Virus record (IMG/VR): IMGVR_UViG_3300049027_000111
Span: 2,481 to 66,480 of that record
DNA length: 64,000 nt
Direction: 5' to 3' (one strand)
Origin: a virus
The notes beneath the pieces were generated by a model. The model saw only the letters and a list, made by a program, of their open reading frames with translations. It made no database searches and was not told where the DNA came from. Of this stretch, positions 36,289-47,137 are shown piece after piece. Each line of letters starts with the position of its first letter. The stretch's first letter is position 1. The position numbers and the translations under genes were made by a program.

Positions 36289-36435
36289 GGGCGTGACGTC
36301 ATGGTGGCTTGGTGGCGACGTTGGCTGCGCTCTTACCGCCATTTCCGCGCGGTCGGGCATCGGGTGCAGGACGCGGCGTATTACGCGGTGGTGGCGCCGT
36401 TGCCCGGTGTGGGGGAGTGAGAAGGACGCCCGGGC

Positions 36436-38765
36436 TCACACCCACAAGTGGCGGCGGATGGCGATCAGCTCCTTGAGCTTCTGGTCCTTGAGGTCGTCGA
36501 GATGGGTGTAGGGCGGGGGCTCGCGTTCCTCCAGGCCGGGAAGCTCGTCGCGGTACCAGCGCCATAGGGCGATGGCCGTCTTGTCGTTCTCGACGCTGGG
36601 CTCGCCGCCGAGCTCGCCATCGACGTATTGCCCGAGGATGGTGAAGCAGGCGTGGAAGATCCGCTCGTCGGCGTCGACCCAGGCGCCGGGCTCGATCGGC
36701 AGCTGGAGCGTGGAGAAGTCTTGGTGGCTCACGCCCGCTCTCGGGCGGGCATGGGCTTGACGGGCAGGATCTTGTCGCCGGTCTTGACGGTGGCCGTGAC
36801 CGCGGCGTCGTGCGGGCCTTTCAGGGCCACGGGGTGGGGTGTGCCGTCGGCGGTGGCGAAGTAGTGCCGGCCGGAGCGGTCGGTCATGATGCGGTAGGCG
36901 GATCCGTTGGGTCTTATCACGAGGGTCTCGGAGACGATGGTCATGGGCCGTCTGGTACCACGTTCTGCTTGAGGCGGTTGGTTTCGCCGCGGAGCTCATC
37001 GAGCGCGACGGCGATGGGCGAGGTCTCGTCGCGCACCAGGCGGTTGAGGCTGGTGACGGCTTCCTCGGCGATATCGATCGCCTGATCGCGCTGGTCGCTG
37101 ACGGCGAGGAGCTGCAGGCGCAGGGCGCGGATGGTGCGCTCGTCGTCGGCGGCGGCCTGGAGCAGCTTGCGCACGCCGATCAGGTGCCTTCGCAGGCTCT
37201 CGAGCGGCTCCGGGTAGGCGCGGGCCAGGACGTCGGCGGCGTCGTCCTCCAGCGCCTCGTAGGCGACGCGGCAGAGGGCGATCATGGAGCGCCACTGGTC
37301 GGCGTCGTCGGGGTTGTCGGGCGGGGCGAGCGGGCTCGTCTGGCGGTAGGCATCCTGCCGCGCCTTGCGATCGGCATCGATCATCTCGCGGACCATGCCC
37401 TGGCGGTCGAGGCGGATCAGGTCGTGCAGCTGGTTCTTGTTCACGGGCGGCGGCTCCACAGCGGCGAGCGCCGCACGAGGTCGACGAGGAAGTCGTTGGG
37501 CGGCGGTGGGCTGGCGAGGATGGCGAGCAGGCGGTCGAAGCTCTCGGGCGACAGCTCGAGCACGGCGTCCAGCGCGGCCCGGCGGCTCTTGCGGCGGAAG
37601 CGGCGCCAGTAGCCGGCCTTGATCCGGCGGCGCTCGCCCGCCCGCCAGCGCAGGATCCGCTTGGCGCGCCGGCTCAAGCCGTCCCACTCGTCGCCGCCAC
37701 GCAACGGGATGCGGGTGAAGATCACGGCGTCCCTTCTTCCCCGGCCTTGAGCTCGGCGATCCGTTGCTTCTGGTCGGCTTGGAGCCTGTCGACGAGGCGG
37801 CCGGCGTGGCGCAGGCGCTCGTCGCCCGGCTCCTCCTGGAGGCGCTCGCGCAGGCGATCCTGGATGACAGCGATGATGTCGAGGATGTTGCGCTCGCGGA
37901 TGAGCTCGTGGTCTTCGGTCATGGGTTGCTCCGTGCCCGGGCGCGTTCGGCGACGACGTGGTCGTGGACCTTCCACAACAGGCCGGTGACGGTCTGCAGC
38001 CGCTCGAGCTCGGCAAGGATGGCCCAGACGTCGCCGACCTTGAGCTTGACGGTCTCGTCGAGGAACTCGTCCGGCTTGCCGACCTCGGCCCAGATGCGGG
38101 TGAGGGCGATGTGGGCGCGGGAGGCGGCGCCGGTCGGGTCGAGGAGGTCCGGCACGGTCCTCAGGTTGGCGTCGACATAGGCCATGCCCTTCTCGCCGCC
38201 GCCGGCATCGGCCAGGGCGGCGTAGCAGACGGCGTCGCCGCCGCCGGCACGGTCCTCCATGTCCCGGGTGCTCATGCACAGCGCGATGCGGTTCGCGCTC
38301 TCGCGATGGCAAAAATGGCAGCGTTCGCTCATGGCGCGGGCCTCTTGAGGGAGCTCCAGGTGGCGGCGATCAGCCAGCCGGCGATGGCGCCGTAGGTCAT
38401 GCCGACGTGCAGCGGGGTGGCCCACGCCACGGCCAGGAGCGTGCCGGCCTGGGCGAGCATCAGGACGCCCAGGCCGACGCGGCGGGCGGCCTCCTCCTCG
38501 GCCTGCTCGGGCGTCACGGCCAGACTTCCCGGGCGGCCCCGGCGTCGGCGTCGGTGAAGCCGTGCTCGTCCTCGAGCGCGGCGCGGGCGGCGCAGACCAT
38601 GGTCCAGAGCATCCTCGGGTCGTCGATCGAGCCGATCAGCTCGACCTCGAACAGGTCGGGATCGTCCGGGGGCGCCAGGGCGACGAGATGGACGACGCCG
38701 TGGACGTGGCCGCGCTCCTGGAGCTGGCGCAGGTGCTCGAGAGCCTCAAGGTCGGCTGATGGCAT
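36436..38765 (-). CDS. Leftward operon of eight small hypothetical genes (38514-38765, 38329-38517, 37919-38332, 37722-37922, 37441-37725, 36941-37444, 36729-36944, 36436-36732)
   Basis: Chain of ATGA/GTGA overlaps. Confidence 0.6.
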
Positions 38766-38989
38766 GGGCGAACCTCCCTCTGGCGGGGTTGGAGCAGGTG
38801 TTTGGCGGTGAGGGCTGAGGCGGGCAGGAGGTTGCTCGCCGCTCAAGCGGGCGGGTTTTGTCCTCCTGAGAAGCGTGTGTTTCGGGGCATTAAGTTGCTC
38901 TCTTGGTGACCTCCGGTCTTTGGCACACCTAAATACGTCTTGTCGAGAGGAATTGCTGCGGAGCAGCAGCGGCGACGGAAGGGCCGGGG

Positions 38990-39202
38990 ATGGTAAGCAC
39001 GCTGGTGTCGCTGCTGGTCGGCCTCTTGATCCTGGGCCTGATCCTGTGGGTGATCAGGTACGCGGTGGGGGCGCTTGGCCTGCCGCCGATCATCACGACC
39101 GTGGCCACCGTGATCGTCGCCATCGTGGCGATCCTATGGCTGGTGCAGGTGCTCCTGGGCGGGGTCGGCGGGCTGGACCTGCCGCTGCGGACGCTGCGGT
39201 GA
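38990..39202 (+). CDS. Two-TM small membrane protein (Thivi_2564-like)
   Basis: 'LLILGLILWVI...LPP...IVAIVAILWL'. Confidence 0.65.
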   Translation: MVSTLVSLLVGLLILGLILWVIRYAVGALGLPPIITTVATVIVAIVAILWLVQVLLGGVGGLDLPLRTLR

Positions 39203-39546
39203 GCGCCTGGTTCGACCGGCTGGCGGCGGAAGTCTCCCGCTGGGCCGGCTCGGCCTGGGCGTGCGCCTTCGCGGTGGCGGTGGTGCTGGCATGGGCGGCG
39301 AGCGGCCCCTGGTTCGGCTGGTCCGACACCCATCAGCTGTACATAAATACCAGTACTACAATCTGCACGTTCATCATGGTTTTCTTGATTCAGAACACCA
39401 CGAACCGCTCGACCGAGGCTCTGCAGATCAAGCTGGACGAGCTGCTGCGGGTGACCACGGCGCGGAATGAGCTCATGGACCTCGAGGACCGGCCGGAAGG
39501 CGAGCTCGAGGCGGCCAAGGCCGACGTGCGGCGCGCGCGGCGCTAA
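39199..39546 (+). CDS. Low-affinity iron permease (Fet4-like) family protein
   Basis: 'GPWFGWSDTHQLYINTSTTICTFIMVFLIQNTTNR...ALQIKLDELL'. Confidence 0.85.
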   Translation: MSAWFDRLAAEVSRWAGSAWACAFAVAVVLAWAASGPWFGWSDTHQLYINTSTTICTFIMVFLIQNTTNRSTEALQIKLDELLRVTTARNELMDLEDRPEGELEAAKADVRRARR

Positions 39547-39875
39547 GCCTCCGCTGCTTCGTCCTGGACCAGCAGCCAGGTCCCGGCGTTGGAGACATAG
39601 CCGGCGCTCAGGGTGTCGCGCCACAGCTCGCCGTCGAGGCGCACCCGATCGCTCTGGTCGGTCGGGAAGGTGCCGGGCCTGGTGATCCAGCGGCCACCGT
39701 TGGCGCGCAGGATGCCGCTGACCTTGCAGCGCTCCTCGCGGCGATCCTCGCGCTTGCTGCGAAAGATCAGCTCGCGGCCGACCTGCAGCGCGCGCAACGG
39801 GAAGGCCGGCAGCAGCCGCTCCTCCTGGTCCTCGGGCGCGGGCGGCTGGGGGGCAAGGCGAACGACCTTCGACAT
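39543..39875 (-). CDS. Hypothetical protein
   Basis: CAGGAG RBS, 110 aa. Confidence 0.5.
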   Translation of the reverse strand: MSKVVRLAPQPPAPEDQEERLLPAFPLRALQVGRELIFRSKREDRREERCKVSGILRANGGRWITRPGTFPTDQSDRVRLDGELWRDTLSAGYVSNAGTWLLVQDEAAEA

Positions 39876-39951
39876 GGCGGGCGGATCTCCTGACCTGAGG
39901 CTGGTTGGGAGCCTTTAAGATGCCCGGGTCCGGGCGGCAAGAGGAGGAGCG

Positions 39952-42630
39952 ATGCCCCTGCAGCCCGATGACCCGCTGGCGCCGGAGGTCGACCGTCCGG
40001 GCATGGCCCTGCCGGCCGGGGAGGCCAGGGATCAGCTGACCGACGAGCAATTCCAGGGCACCGTGAAGGCGCTGGTGCAGCGGGCGCACGACTACGCCCA
40101 GGACGAGCTCCGCCCGGCGCTCGAGCACGCGTGGCACTACTTCAGGGGCGGCGTGGACGCGTTGCCGGCCAATCTCGTCGGCACGGATCCCAGCGGCCGG
40201 GAGCTGTTCGAGGGCAGCCAGGTCGTGGTCCGCGAATGCTGGGACAAGGTGCAGGCGATCGTGCCCGAGGTCGCCCGGGTGTTCTTGTCGAGCGACGAGG
40301 CGGTGGCGTTCCTGCCGCGCGGCCCGGAGGACGAGGACGCGGCCGAGCAGGCGACCGACGTCGTCAACCACCTGTTCCGGATCGAGAACGACGGCGAGGA
40401 TCAGCTGCTCACCAGCCTTTACGACTGGTCCGTCAAGGCCACGGTCTGGAAGGTCTACCGCGAGGTCGAGGAGCGGGTCGAGACCTCGCAGTTCGAGGGC
40501 ATCTCCGAGCTTGCGATCCAGAGCCTGGTCGAGCAGGCGCAGGCCGAGGGCTCGGAGGTGGTCGAGCTGATCGCCGAGGAGACCATGGCCCCGGCGCGGG
40601 TGGATGTGCCCCGGCCGCCGCCGATGCAGGGGCCGCCCGGAAATCTGGGGCCGCCTTCGCCCGAGATGCCGCCCGAGATGGCCGGAGCCATGCCGGGCGC
40701 TCCGCCACCCGGCCCGGAGGGTGCCCCGCCTGGTGTGCCCGCGGGACCGCCAGCCGGGCCGGGACCGGCGGGCATGCAGCCGCCGCCGCCGCCACCGGAC
40801 CCGTTCCAGCAGGCCTTGCATCAGGCGCTCGGCATGGAGCCGCCCCTGGTGCCGGTCTCGGTGCCGTTGGCCAGCTTCAAGGGCCGGATCACCCGGCTGC
40901 AGCGCAGCAGCAGGATCCGCTGCGAGTGCCTGCCGCCGGAAGAGCTTTTGATCGATCCGGACGCCCGGGACGGCTCGCCGCCGCTGATCATCGGCAGCGA
41001 CCGGTACCTCACGGTTTCCGACCTCGTCGCCATGGGCATCGAGATGGAGACGGCGCTCGAGCACGCGGGCGTGCGGCCGGACGATTACAGCGGCGTGCGG
41101 TTGGCGCGCACGCAGCGCACGGGAACCGCCGCCGCGTTGGCGCCCGGAACCGAGGATCGCTCGCTCGAGTACGTGCGGGTGGTCGAGGCCCTGGTGAGCA
41201 TCGACAGCGACGGCGACGGGGTCACCGAGCGGCATCGGGTCTTGTGCCTCGGCGAGGGCTTCGAGCTGGTCTCCGTGACCCCCGGAGACGACTGCGAGTA
41301 CATCGTCGCCAGCCCCTTCCGCCTGCCGCACGAGCCCGTGGGTCGCGGCATCGTCGAGGAGCTCACCGACCTGCAGGACGTCAAGACGTCCTTGGTCAGG
41401 GACTGGTTGAACAATTTCCGCAGGTCGAATCATCCTCGCGAGATCCTTCCATCCGAGGACATCGATGCCTACACCGACCTGAAAAGCTGGTTCGGCGGCC
41501 CGATCCGCGCGATGCGGCCGGAGGCCCTGGGCTGGCATCAGGTGCCGATGGTCGCCGACAAGGCGATGCCGCTCTTGCAAATGTTCGATCAGATCGCCGC
41601 GATGCGCACGGGGATTGATGCCGCTGGCGCCGGGCTCAACCCAGACGTGCTAAAGGGCCAGACCGCGGCGGGCGCCTCGGCGATCGTGTCCGCGCCGCAG
41701 AGCCGCATGGAGTTCCTGGTCCGCGAGTACGCGGTCCGCTGCATGCGGCCGTTGTTCAAGGCGTTGCTGCGGCTGACGGTGCAGTTCCCGGACCGGGCGA
41801 AGGTGATCCGGCTTAGGAACCGTTGGGTGGAATGCGATCCCCAAGCCTGGTCCGCGTCCTACGATTGCGAGCCGCGCGTCGGGCTGGGGACCGGGACCAA
41901 AGGCGAGCGCTTGCAGGCGCTGATGAGCATCGTCCAGCAGCAGCAGATGCTGATGCAGATCGGCAGCCCGCTGGTGACGCCGACCGAGCTTCGGAACAGC
42001 CTGGTGGAGATGTGCACGCTGTCGGGCCGGCGCGATGCCAGCCGCTACTTCCGCGACGTGACCGACGAGGAGCTGGCGATGCACGCGCAGCAGCAGCAGG
42101 CGGCGCAGCAGCAGGCGCTCCAGGCGGCGGCGCAGGCCGAGGCGATGAAGGAGGCTGCCAAGGCGCAGGCCACGGCTCAAGCGAAAGGTCAGGTCGACCT
42201 GCAGAAGGCCCAGCTCGATAACGCCTTGGCCGAGAAGGCTCAAGCGGCGCAGCTGGACAGCGACATGCGGCAGTTCCAGCTCAAGCAGGCGGCCGAGGAG
42301 CGCCGCGCCGTCCAGGACCAGGAGGCGCAGCGGCAGGCGGCCGAGCTTGCCGCCGCGATCGAGCGCGAGAAGCAGGAGGTGGCCCGGGAATCGGCCCGCA
42401 TCAAGGCCGAGCAGGACGCCGCTGCGCAACGTTACGCGGCCGAGCTCAAGGCCGCCACCGACCGCGAGCAGACCGAGGCGACCCTGAAGGCGAAGATGGC
42501 CGAGCTTGAGATGCGGCGCAGCATCCGGCTCGAGGAGCTGGCGCAGGAGGCCGAGCTCGAGCGGCTGAAGATGAGGACCAAGGCCCGCGACGGTCAGGGT
42601 GATGTGCCGGCGTCCGAGAACCCGGCCTAG
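39952..42630 (+). CDS. Portal protein (P22-like) with Pro-rich insertion
   Basis: 'FLPRGPEDEDAAEQATD', 'PPEELLIDP', 'GRGIVEEL.DLQ', 'VIRLRNRWVECDP', long C-terminal Q/A coiled coil. Confidence 0.9.
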   Translation: MPLQPDDPLAPEVDRPGMALPAGEARDQLTDEQFQGTVKALVQRAHDYAQDELRPALEHAWHYFRGGVDALPANLVGTDPSGRELFEGSQVVVRECWDKVQAIVPEVARVFLSSDEAVAFLPRGPEDEDAAEQATDVVNHLFRIENDGEDQLLTSLYDWSVKATVWKVYREVEERVETSQFEGISELAIQSLVEQAQAEGSEVVELIAEETMAPARVDVPRPPPMQGPPGNLGPPSPEMPPEMAGAMPGAPPPGPEGAPPGVPAGPPAGPGPAGMQPPPPPPDPFQQALHQALGMEPPLVPVSVPLASFKGRITRLQRSSRIRCECLPPEELLIDPDARDGSPPLIIGSDRYLTVSDLVAMGIEMETALEHAGVRPDDYSGVRLARTQRTGTAAALAPGTEDRSLEYVRVVEALVSIDSDGDGVTERHRVLCLGEGFELVSVTPGDDCEYIVASPFRLPHEPVGRGIVEELTDLQDVKTSLVRDWLNNFRRSNHPREILPSEDIDAYTDLKSWFGGPIRAMRPEALGWHQVPMVADKAMPLLQMFDQIAAMRTGIDAAGAGLNPDVLKGQTAAGASAIVSAPQSRMEFLVREYAVRCMRPLFKALLRLTVQFPDRAKVIRLRNRWVECDPQAWSASYDCEPRVGLGTGTKGERLQALMSIVQQQQMLMQIGSPLVTPTELRNSLVEMCTLSGRRDASRYFRDVTDEELAMHAQQQQAAQQQALQAAAQAEAMKEAAKAQATAQAKGQVDLQKAQLDNALAEKAQAAQLDSDMRQFQLKQAAEERRAVQDQEAQRQAAELAAAIEREKQEVARESARIKAEQDAAAQRYAAELKAATDREQTEATLKAKMAELEMRRSIRLEELAQEAELERLKMRTKARDGQGDVPASENPA

Positions 42631-43112
42631 GCGGGCTCGACGAGCTCGAGCCGGGCCACGGCCTGCTTGCGCTCGTCGAGCGGCCCGATCCAATTGATTT
42701 GCGGGTGGACGCAGAAGCGGCCGTGCCCGAGGCGGATCAGGGCGCCGATCTCCGCGAGCCGGTTCATGGCGCGGCTGACTTCGGCGACCGTGGTGTTGGC
42801 GTCGTCGGCGATCTGCTCGCGCGAGGCCCTGATCTCGCGGCCGGCGCCGAACTCGGCGTAGGTCAGCGCGATGTTCCAGACGGCGATCGTGGCTCTCGGG
42901 CGCTCGCCGCGGGTGATCCGGCGGATGATCTCGCGGTGGCTGGTGGGGTTGGTCATGAAATACGCCCAGGGATCCGGTTCGACGTTCAACAGCAGCTCAT
43001 TGAGCGCCGTCCGGACCCCCGGCGTCAAGCTGGCGTTAAGTAGGACCAACCGCAAAGCGCCCGCAAGTTGATCCCGGTCGCGACGGACGAGGCGTCGGAT
43101 CTGGGCGGTCAT
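42627..43112 (-). CDS. Winged-HTH protein (plasmid RepL-like)
   Basis: 'SREQIADDANTTVAEVSRAMNRLAEIGALIR...FCVHPQINWIG'. Confidence 0.65.
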   Translation of the reverse strand: MTAQIRRLVRRDRDQLAGALRLVLLNASLTPGVRTALNELLLNVEPDPWAYFMTNPTSHREIIRRITRGERPRATIAVWNIALTYAEFGAGREIRASREQIADDANTTVAEVSRAMNRLAEIGALIRLGHGRFCVHPQINWIGPLDERKQAVARLELVEPA

Positions 43113-43270
43113 TGACGTGTCGCTCCCTGTGGAGAAGCTGTTGGCGGGTTGTTCCCGGAGTGCCACCCCTGACACTTTTAATGTCAGCGGCGGCACTTTG
43201 GCGCAAGCCCATATAAGGAAGAATAAGATCTAAGAATCTTGAGGAGCCCCCCCGGCCTGTGGAGAACCCT

Positions 43271-43492
43271 ATGCCGACCGGAAAAGAGGCCTTCCAAGAC
43301 GGGTCGTGCTCCGGCGAGCCGCGGCGGATCCTCGTCAAGGGCACGGAACACGTGCTCATCGACCGCTTCGACCTCCCCCGCATCAACGACCTGATCCAGG
43401 TCGACAACCTCACCACCGGCCGACGGCAGCTCGAGGCCGACGACTGGCCGTTCGAGGGCTTCATGGACCTGCCGATGGAGGTGCGGCGCTAG
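43271..43492 (+). CDS. Hypothetical protein
   Basis: GGAGA RBS, 73 aa. Confidence 0.45.
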   Translation: MPTGKEAFQDGSCSGEPRRILVKGTEHVLIDRFDLPRINDLIQVDNLTTGRRQLEADDWPFEGFMDLPMEVRR

Positions 43493-43547
43493 GGCGCCGG
43501 CCTGATCCGCGGCCTTTCTCAACGCCACCGCAGCCTGGAGATGGGCC

Positions 43548-44270
43548 ATGGCCAGTCCCGTTGTCGGCGTCCGCTCCTATCTCGCCAACCTGTTCGCCGG
43601 GGCCACGCGCGTCTCGACCGGGGCCAGCGGCGACGAGATCGTCGTCTTCCGCCGCGCCCGGCGCAACAAGCCCGTCGCGTACCGGATCCTGGCCAGCTCG
43701 TACGGCCTGGGTGCCAGCGGCAACCAGAGCATCAGCGGCAACCTCGCCGTCACCGGCACGTCCACCCTGACCGGCAACGTCACGGCGGGCGGCACGCTGG
43801 CCGTGACCGGCACCTCGGCGCACACCGGCAACGCCACGTTCGCCGGGACCCTGGCCGTGACCGGCACCTCGACGCTGACCGGCGCCGTCACCACCGGCGG
43901 CACGATCACCAGCCAGAGCTCCCTGGTCGTGACCAAGGCCAGCCGGCGCACGGACGCGGCGTTCCTGGCGCTGACCGACGCCGCGACGATCGCGGTCGAC
44001 ATGAGCGCGTCGTGGAATTTTGCCGTGACCCTGGGCGACAATAGAACCTTGGGCACGCCGACCGGCCTGCACGAGGGCCAGAGCGGCTGGATCCGGGTCA
44101 CCCAGGACGGCGCCGGCAGCAGGACGCTGGCCTACAGCGCCGCCTGGACCTTCGGCATCGCCGGGGCGCCGACGCTCTCGACCGCCGCCGGCAAGGTCGA
44201 CCTCATCCACTACGTCGTGACCGACGCGGCGACGCCCGTGATCCATGCCGTGTTCCACAAGGCCGCCTGA
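43548..44270 (+). CDS. Head fibre / decoration-like protein
   Basis: 'G(N/T)LAVTGTS' repeats, C-terminal 'VTLGDNRTL..PT...QDGAGSRTL' domain. Confidence 0.7.
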   Translation: MASPVVGVRSYLANLFAGATRVSTGASGDEIVVFRRARRNKPVAYRILASSYGLGASGNQSISGNLAVTGTSTLTGNVTAGGTLAVTGTSAHTGNATFAGTLAVTGTSTLTGAVTTGGTITSQSSLVVTKASRRTDAAFLALTDAATIAVDMSASWNFAVTLGDNRTLGTPTGLHEGQSGWIRVTQDGAGSRTLAYSAAWTFGIAGAPTLSTAAGKVDLIHYVVTDAATPVIHAVFHKAA

Positions 44271-44297
44271 GCACCGGGCAACGGCGGGGAGCTGCTG

Positions 44298-45395
44298 ATG
44301 GCGACCACGAACCAGCTTTGGGGCTTGGACGAGCCCGAGCCGGTCGATCCGGGCGCGCCGGGCATCGGCGGGCGCCTGGCGGAGCTCGTGCGCTACCTGC
44401 GCGGCGACGGTCCGGGCGTGCTCGACCAGATGACCGCCCAGCGCCAGCTCCTGCGCCAAAAGCTGGCCGGCGGGATGACCTATGCCGAGACCATGCGCGA
44501 CCCGGAGCTCACCAACCTCGGCCTGGGGATCGCGAGCAACTTTGCCGGCGCCAGCATGCCGATGGCCACCCGCGGCATGACCCTGCCGCAGATGTGGCCG
44601 CTGCGCGAGGCGCCGGTCCCGGGCCTGACCAAGGGACCGGAGATGGCCAACCCGGTCACGCAGGCCTCGCAGGAGGCCTACAAGGCCCGCGCCGGCATCG
44701 CCAAGCCGCCGCTCGAGGGCAAGCTGCCGATGCCTGAGGACTATCTCCGGCGGGTCGCTGACCACATGGACGAGGCGCCGCACGCGCCGACCGATCCGGA
44801 CGTGGCCGCCAGCTACCGGGCCATGATCGGCGAGACTGGCAAGCAGTTCGAGGCCTTGAAGGAAGCCGGCGTCCGCTTCGTCCCGTTCACGGGCAAGGGC
44901 GAGCCCTACGCCAGCTCCGCCCAGATGGCCGAGGATGTCGCCAAGAACAAGCGGCTGTATTTTCTGAAGACCGAGAACGCCTACGGCTCGGGGCAGAACC
45001 CATCCAACAACCCGATGCTCGGCGCCACCAAGTACCACGACCTCGAGGGCAACCCGATGGTCGCCAACGACCTGTTCCGGGTGATCCACGACTATTACGG
45101 TCACACGCCGCACGGCTTCCGCTTCGGCGGGCCGGGCGAATACAACGCCTTTCATGAGCACGCCAGAATGTTCAGCGACGAGGCGGTGCCGGCGCTGGCT
45201 TCGGAGACGCTCGGCCAGAACGCTTGGGTGAACTTCGGCAAGCATTTGCGCCGCGCCGACGGCTCGATCCCGAAGCCGGGCGACGTCGACTACGTGCCGC
45301 TGACCGAGCGCCCGTTCTCGGACCAGAAGATGGTCAAGATGCCCTGGGACCTGCTCAACGCCGACCCGGCCCGCGGCATCGGTCTGGGCCGCTGA
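44298..45395 (+). CDS. Polyvalent-type protein with zincin-like 'HDYYGH...GE' motif
   Basis: 'NDLFRVIHDYYGH...GEYNAF..H...ETLGQNAWVN', ends GIGLGR. Confidence 0.6.
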   Translation: MATTNQLWGLDEPEPVDPGAPGIGGRLAELVRYLRGDGPGVLDQMTAQRQLLRQKLAGGMTYAETMRDPELTNLGLGIASNFAGASMPMATRGMTLPQMWPLREAPVPGLTKGPEMANPVTQASQEAYKARAGIAKPPLEGKLPMPEDYLRRVADHMDEAPHAPTDPDVAASYRAMIGETGKQFEALKEAGVRFVPFTGKGEPYASSAQMAEDVAKNKRLYFLKTENAYGSGQNPSNNPMLGATKYHDLEGNPMVANDLFRVIHDYYGHTPHGFRFGGPGEYNAFHEHARMFSDEAVPALASETLGQNAWVNFGKHLRRADGSIPKPGDVDYVPLTERPFSDQKMVKMPWDLLNADPARGIGLGR

Positions 45396-47137
45396 TGCCG
45401 ATCGGCCTCGGCTGGCGCGAGGGCGGGATCCCGGAGCCGGAGCCCGGCGCGGAAGACTGGTGGAAGAACACGGCCTACCCGGTGCTCGGCGGCTTGTGGG
45501 ACTGGGTCAAGGGCAACCCGGTCGAGGCCGCGTCGGCGTCGATGGTGCCGGGGGTGTCGGACGTCGCCGATATCGGTCTGCTCGGCCGCGACCTCTACCG
45601 CTTCGGCACGGAGCCTTCCCGCGAGACCGCGGTCAACCTGGGCCTGGGTGCCGCCGGGGCCGCGCTGCCGTTCGTCGGTGCTGGCTGGATCAAGGCCGCC
45701 GCGGGCTACGCGCCGCAGAAGACCCAGAAGGCCTACAAGCTGTTTGAGCAGCACCCCAAGGACCCGAACCTGCTGCTGCCGCTGTTCGTCGGTCGCGACC
45801 AGCCGATTCCCTTCGGCGAGTGGCTGATCGCCGAGGCCGGGCAGCCTGGCAGGGCCCCCGGCAAGGTCAAGAGCACGCTGGGCGATCTGGCGTACCGCCC
45901 TGGCTGGCACGCGGGCGACGTGCCGATCGCGACGCACATCGGCGGCAAGAGCGACCCGACGTTGAAGGCGCCGGACTACCGCCCCGACAAGCAGGTCTGG
46001 GCCGAGGTCGAGATGGCCGACGACCAGGACTGGCAGTCGGTCGCCAACGCCCGCGCCAGGATCACCAAGGCTGGGACGCCCGACCCGAAGACGGCGCACA
46101 TCACCGATCAGGTGCCGCTCGAGGGCTACTACCGCTACAAGACCAACCCGAACATGACCGGCGAGTGGCTGATCGGCGGCAACATGCGGGTCAACCGCAT
46201 CTTGAGCGACGAGGAGGTCGAGGCGGCCAACAAGGCCGCGGGCGTGTCCGACCTGCCGCGCCTGTCGAAGCTCAACCGTGGTGCTGACCTCGCCGAGGTG
46301 CCCGCCCTGGCCAAGACGGAGATGCGCCAGCTGGTCGGCGGCGGCGGCAGCCTCGAGGAAGCGCAGGGCCGGCTGCAGCAGCTGGGCCCGGGGCACGGCC
46401 TGCGGCGGAGCCCGACCCATCCGGGGGTCTACTTCACCGTGCGCGAGCCGCAAGCACCCGAGGTGGGCGCGGCTGCCGCTCCCACGAGCTCCGAGCCGGC
46501 CCACTTCGTGTTCAAGGCGGATCCGGCCACGTCCGAGACGGTCGAGCGGCTGGCCGGGCGGGTGACCTCCGGCGTCAACGATCGCGCCGGCCTCGGCAAC
46601 AAGGGGCAGTACGTCTACGACAACAACAGCATCCTGCTGGACTCTTCTCTCTCGCCCGAGCAGCGCCACGACACGCTCACCCACGAGCTCGGCCACGCCA
46701 TGGCCGCCAAGGGCGGTGTCGTCGACCCGCGCGGGCTCGCGTGGCAAGGAGCGCCGCCGGCCCAGGTGCTGGAGCAGATCCGCGCCCTGTCCGCCGGGCG
46801 CCGGCCGCACCTGTGGGGCAGCAACGAGGAGCTCGAGAACGCCTTCCCGCATTTGGGCGCGGCGGCGATCAGCAAGTACCGGGAGCGGCCCGACGAGCTC
46901 GCCGCCGATCTGGTCGCCAGCATGATCGCCGACCCGGCGAAGGCGAAGCAGGTCGGCCACGAGGCCTACCGCTGGGCCGCATCGAAGCTCAACGCGTCCG
47001 ACCTCGGCAAGATCGCCCAGTTCCTGGGCGTGCCGCTGGCCATGGTCAGCGCCGCCCTGGCGCAGGCCTCGGGGCTCGAGCCGGAAGAGGCGCCGCCACC
47101 GCCCGCCACGGCCGGCGGCATCGGCCTGGGCCGGTGA
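45395..47137 (+). CDS. Multidomain polyvalent-type protein with HExxH motif
   Basis: N-terminus shared with the 48608 gene, 'LAYRPGWH...VWAEVE' domain, 'THELGH...ELAAD', ends GIGLGR. Confidence 0.65.
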   Translation: MPIGLGWREGGIPEPEPGAEDWWKNTAYPVLGGLWDWVKGNPVEAASASMVPGVSDVADIGLLGRDLYRFGTEPSRETAVNLGLGAAGAALPFVGAGWIKAAAGYAPQKTQKAYKLFEQHPKDPNLLLPLFVGRDQPIPFGEWLIAEAGQPGRAPGKVKSTLGDLAYRPGWHAGDVPIATHIGGKSDPTLKAPDYRPDKQVWAEVEMADDQDWQSVANARARITKAGTPDPKTAHITDQVPLEGYYRYKTNPNMTGEWLIGGNMRVNRILSDEEVEAANKAAGVSDLPRLSKLNRGADLAEVPALAKTEMRQLVGGGGSLEEAQGRLQQLGPGHGLRRSPTHPGVYFTVREPQAPEVGAAAAPTSSEPAHFVFKADPATSETVERLAGRVTSGVNDRAGLGNKGQYVYDNNSILLDSSLSPEQRHDTLTHELGHAMAAKGGVVDPRGLAWQGAPPAQVLEQIRALSAGRRPHLWGSNEELENAFPHLGAAAISKYRERPDELAADLVASMIADPAKAKQVGHEAYRWAASKLNASDLGKIAQFLGVPLAMVSAALAQASGLEPEEAPPPPATAGGIGLGR

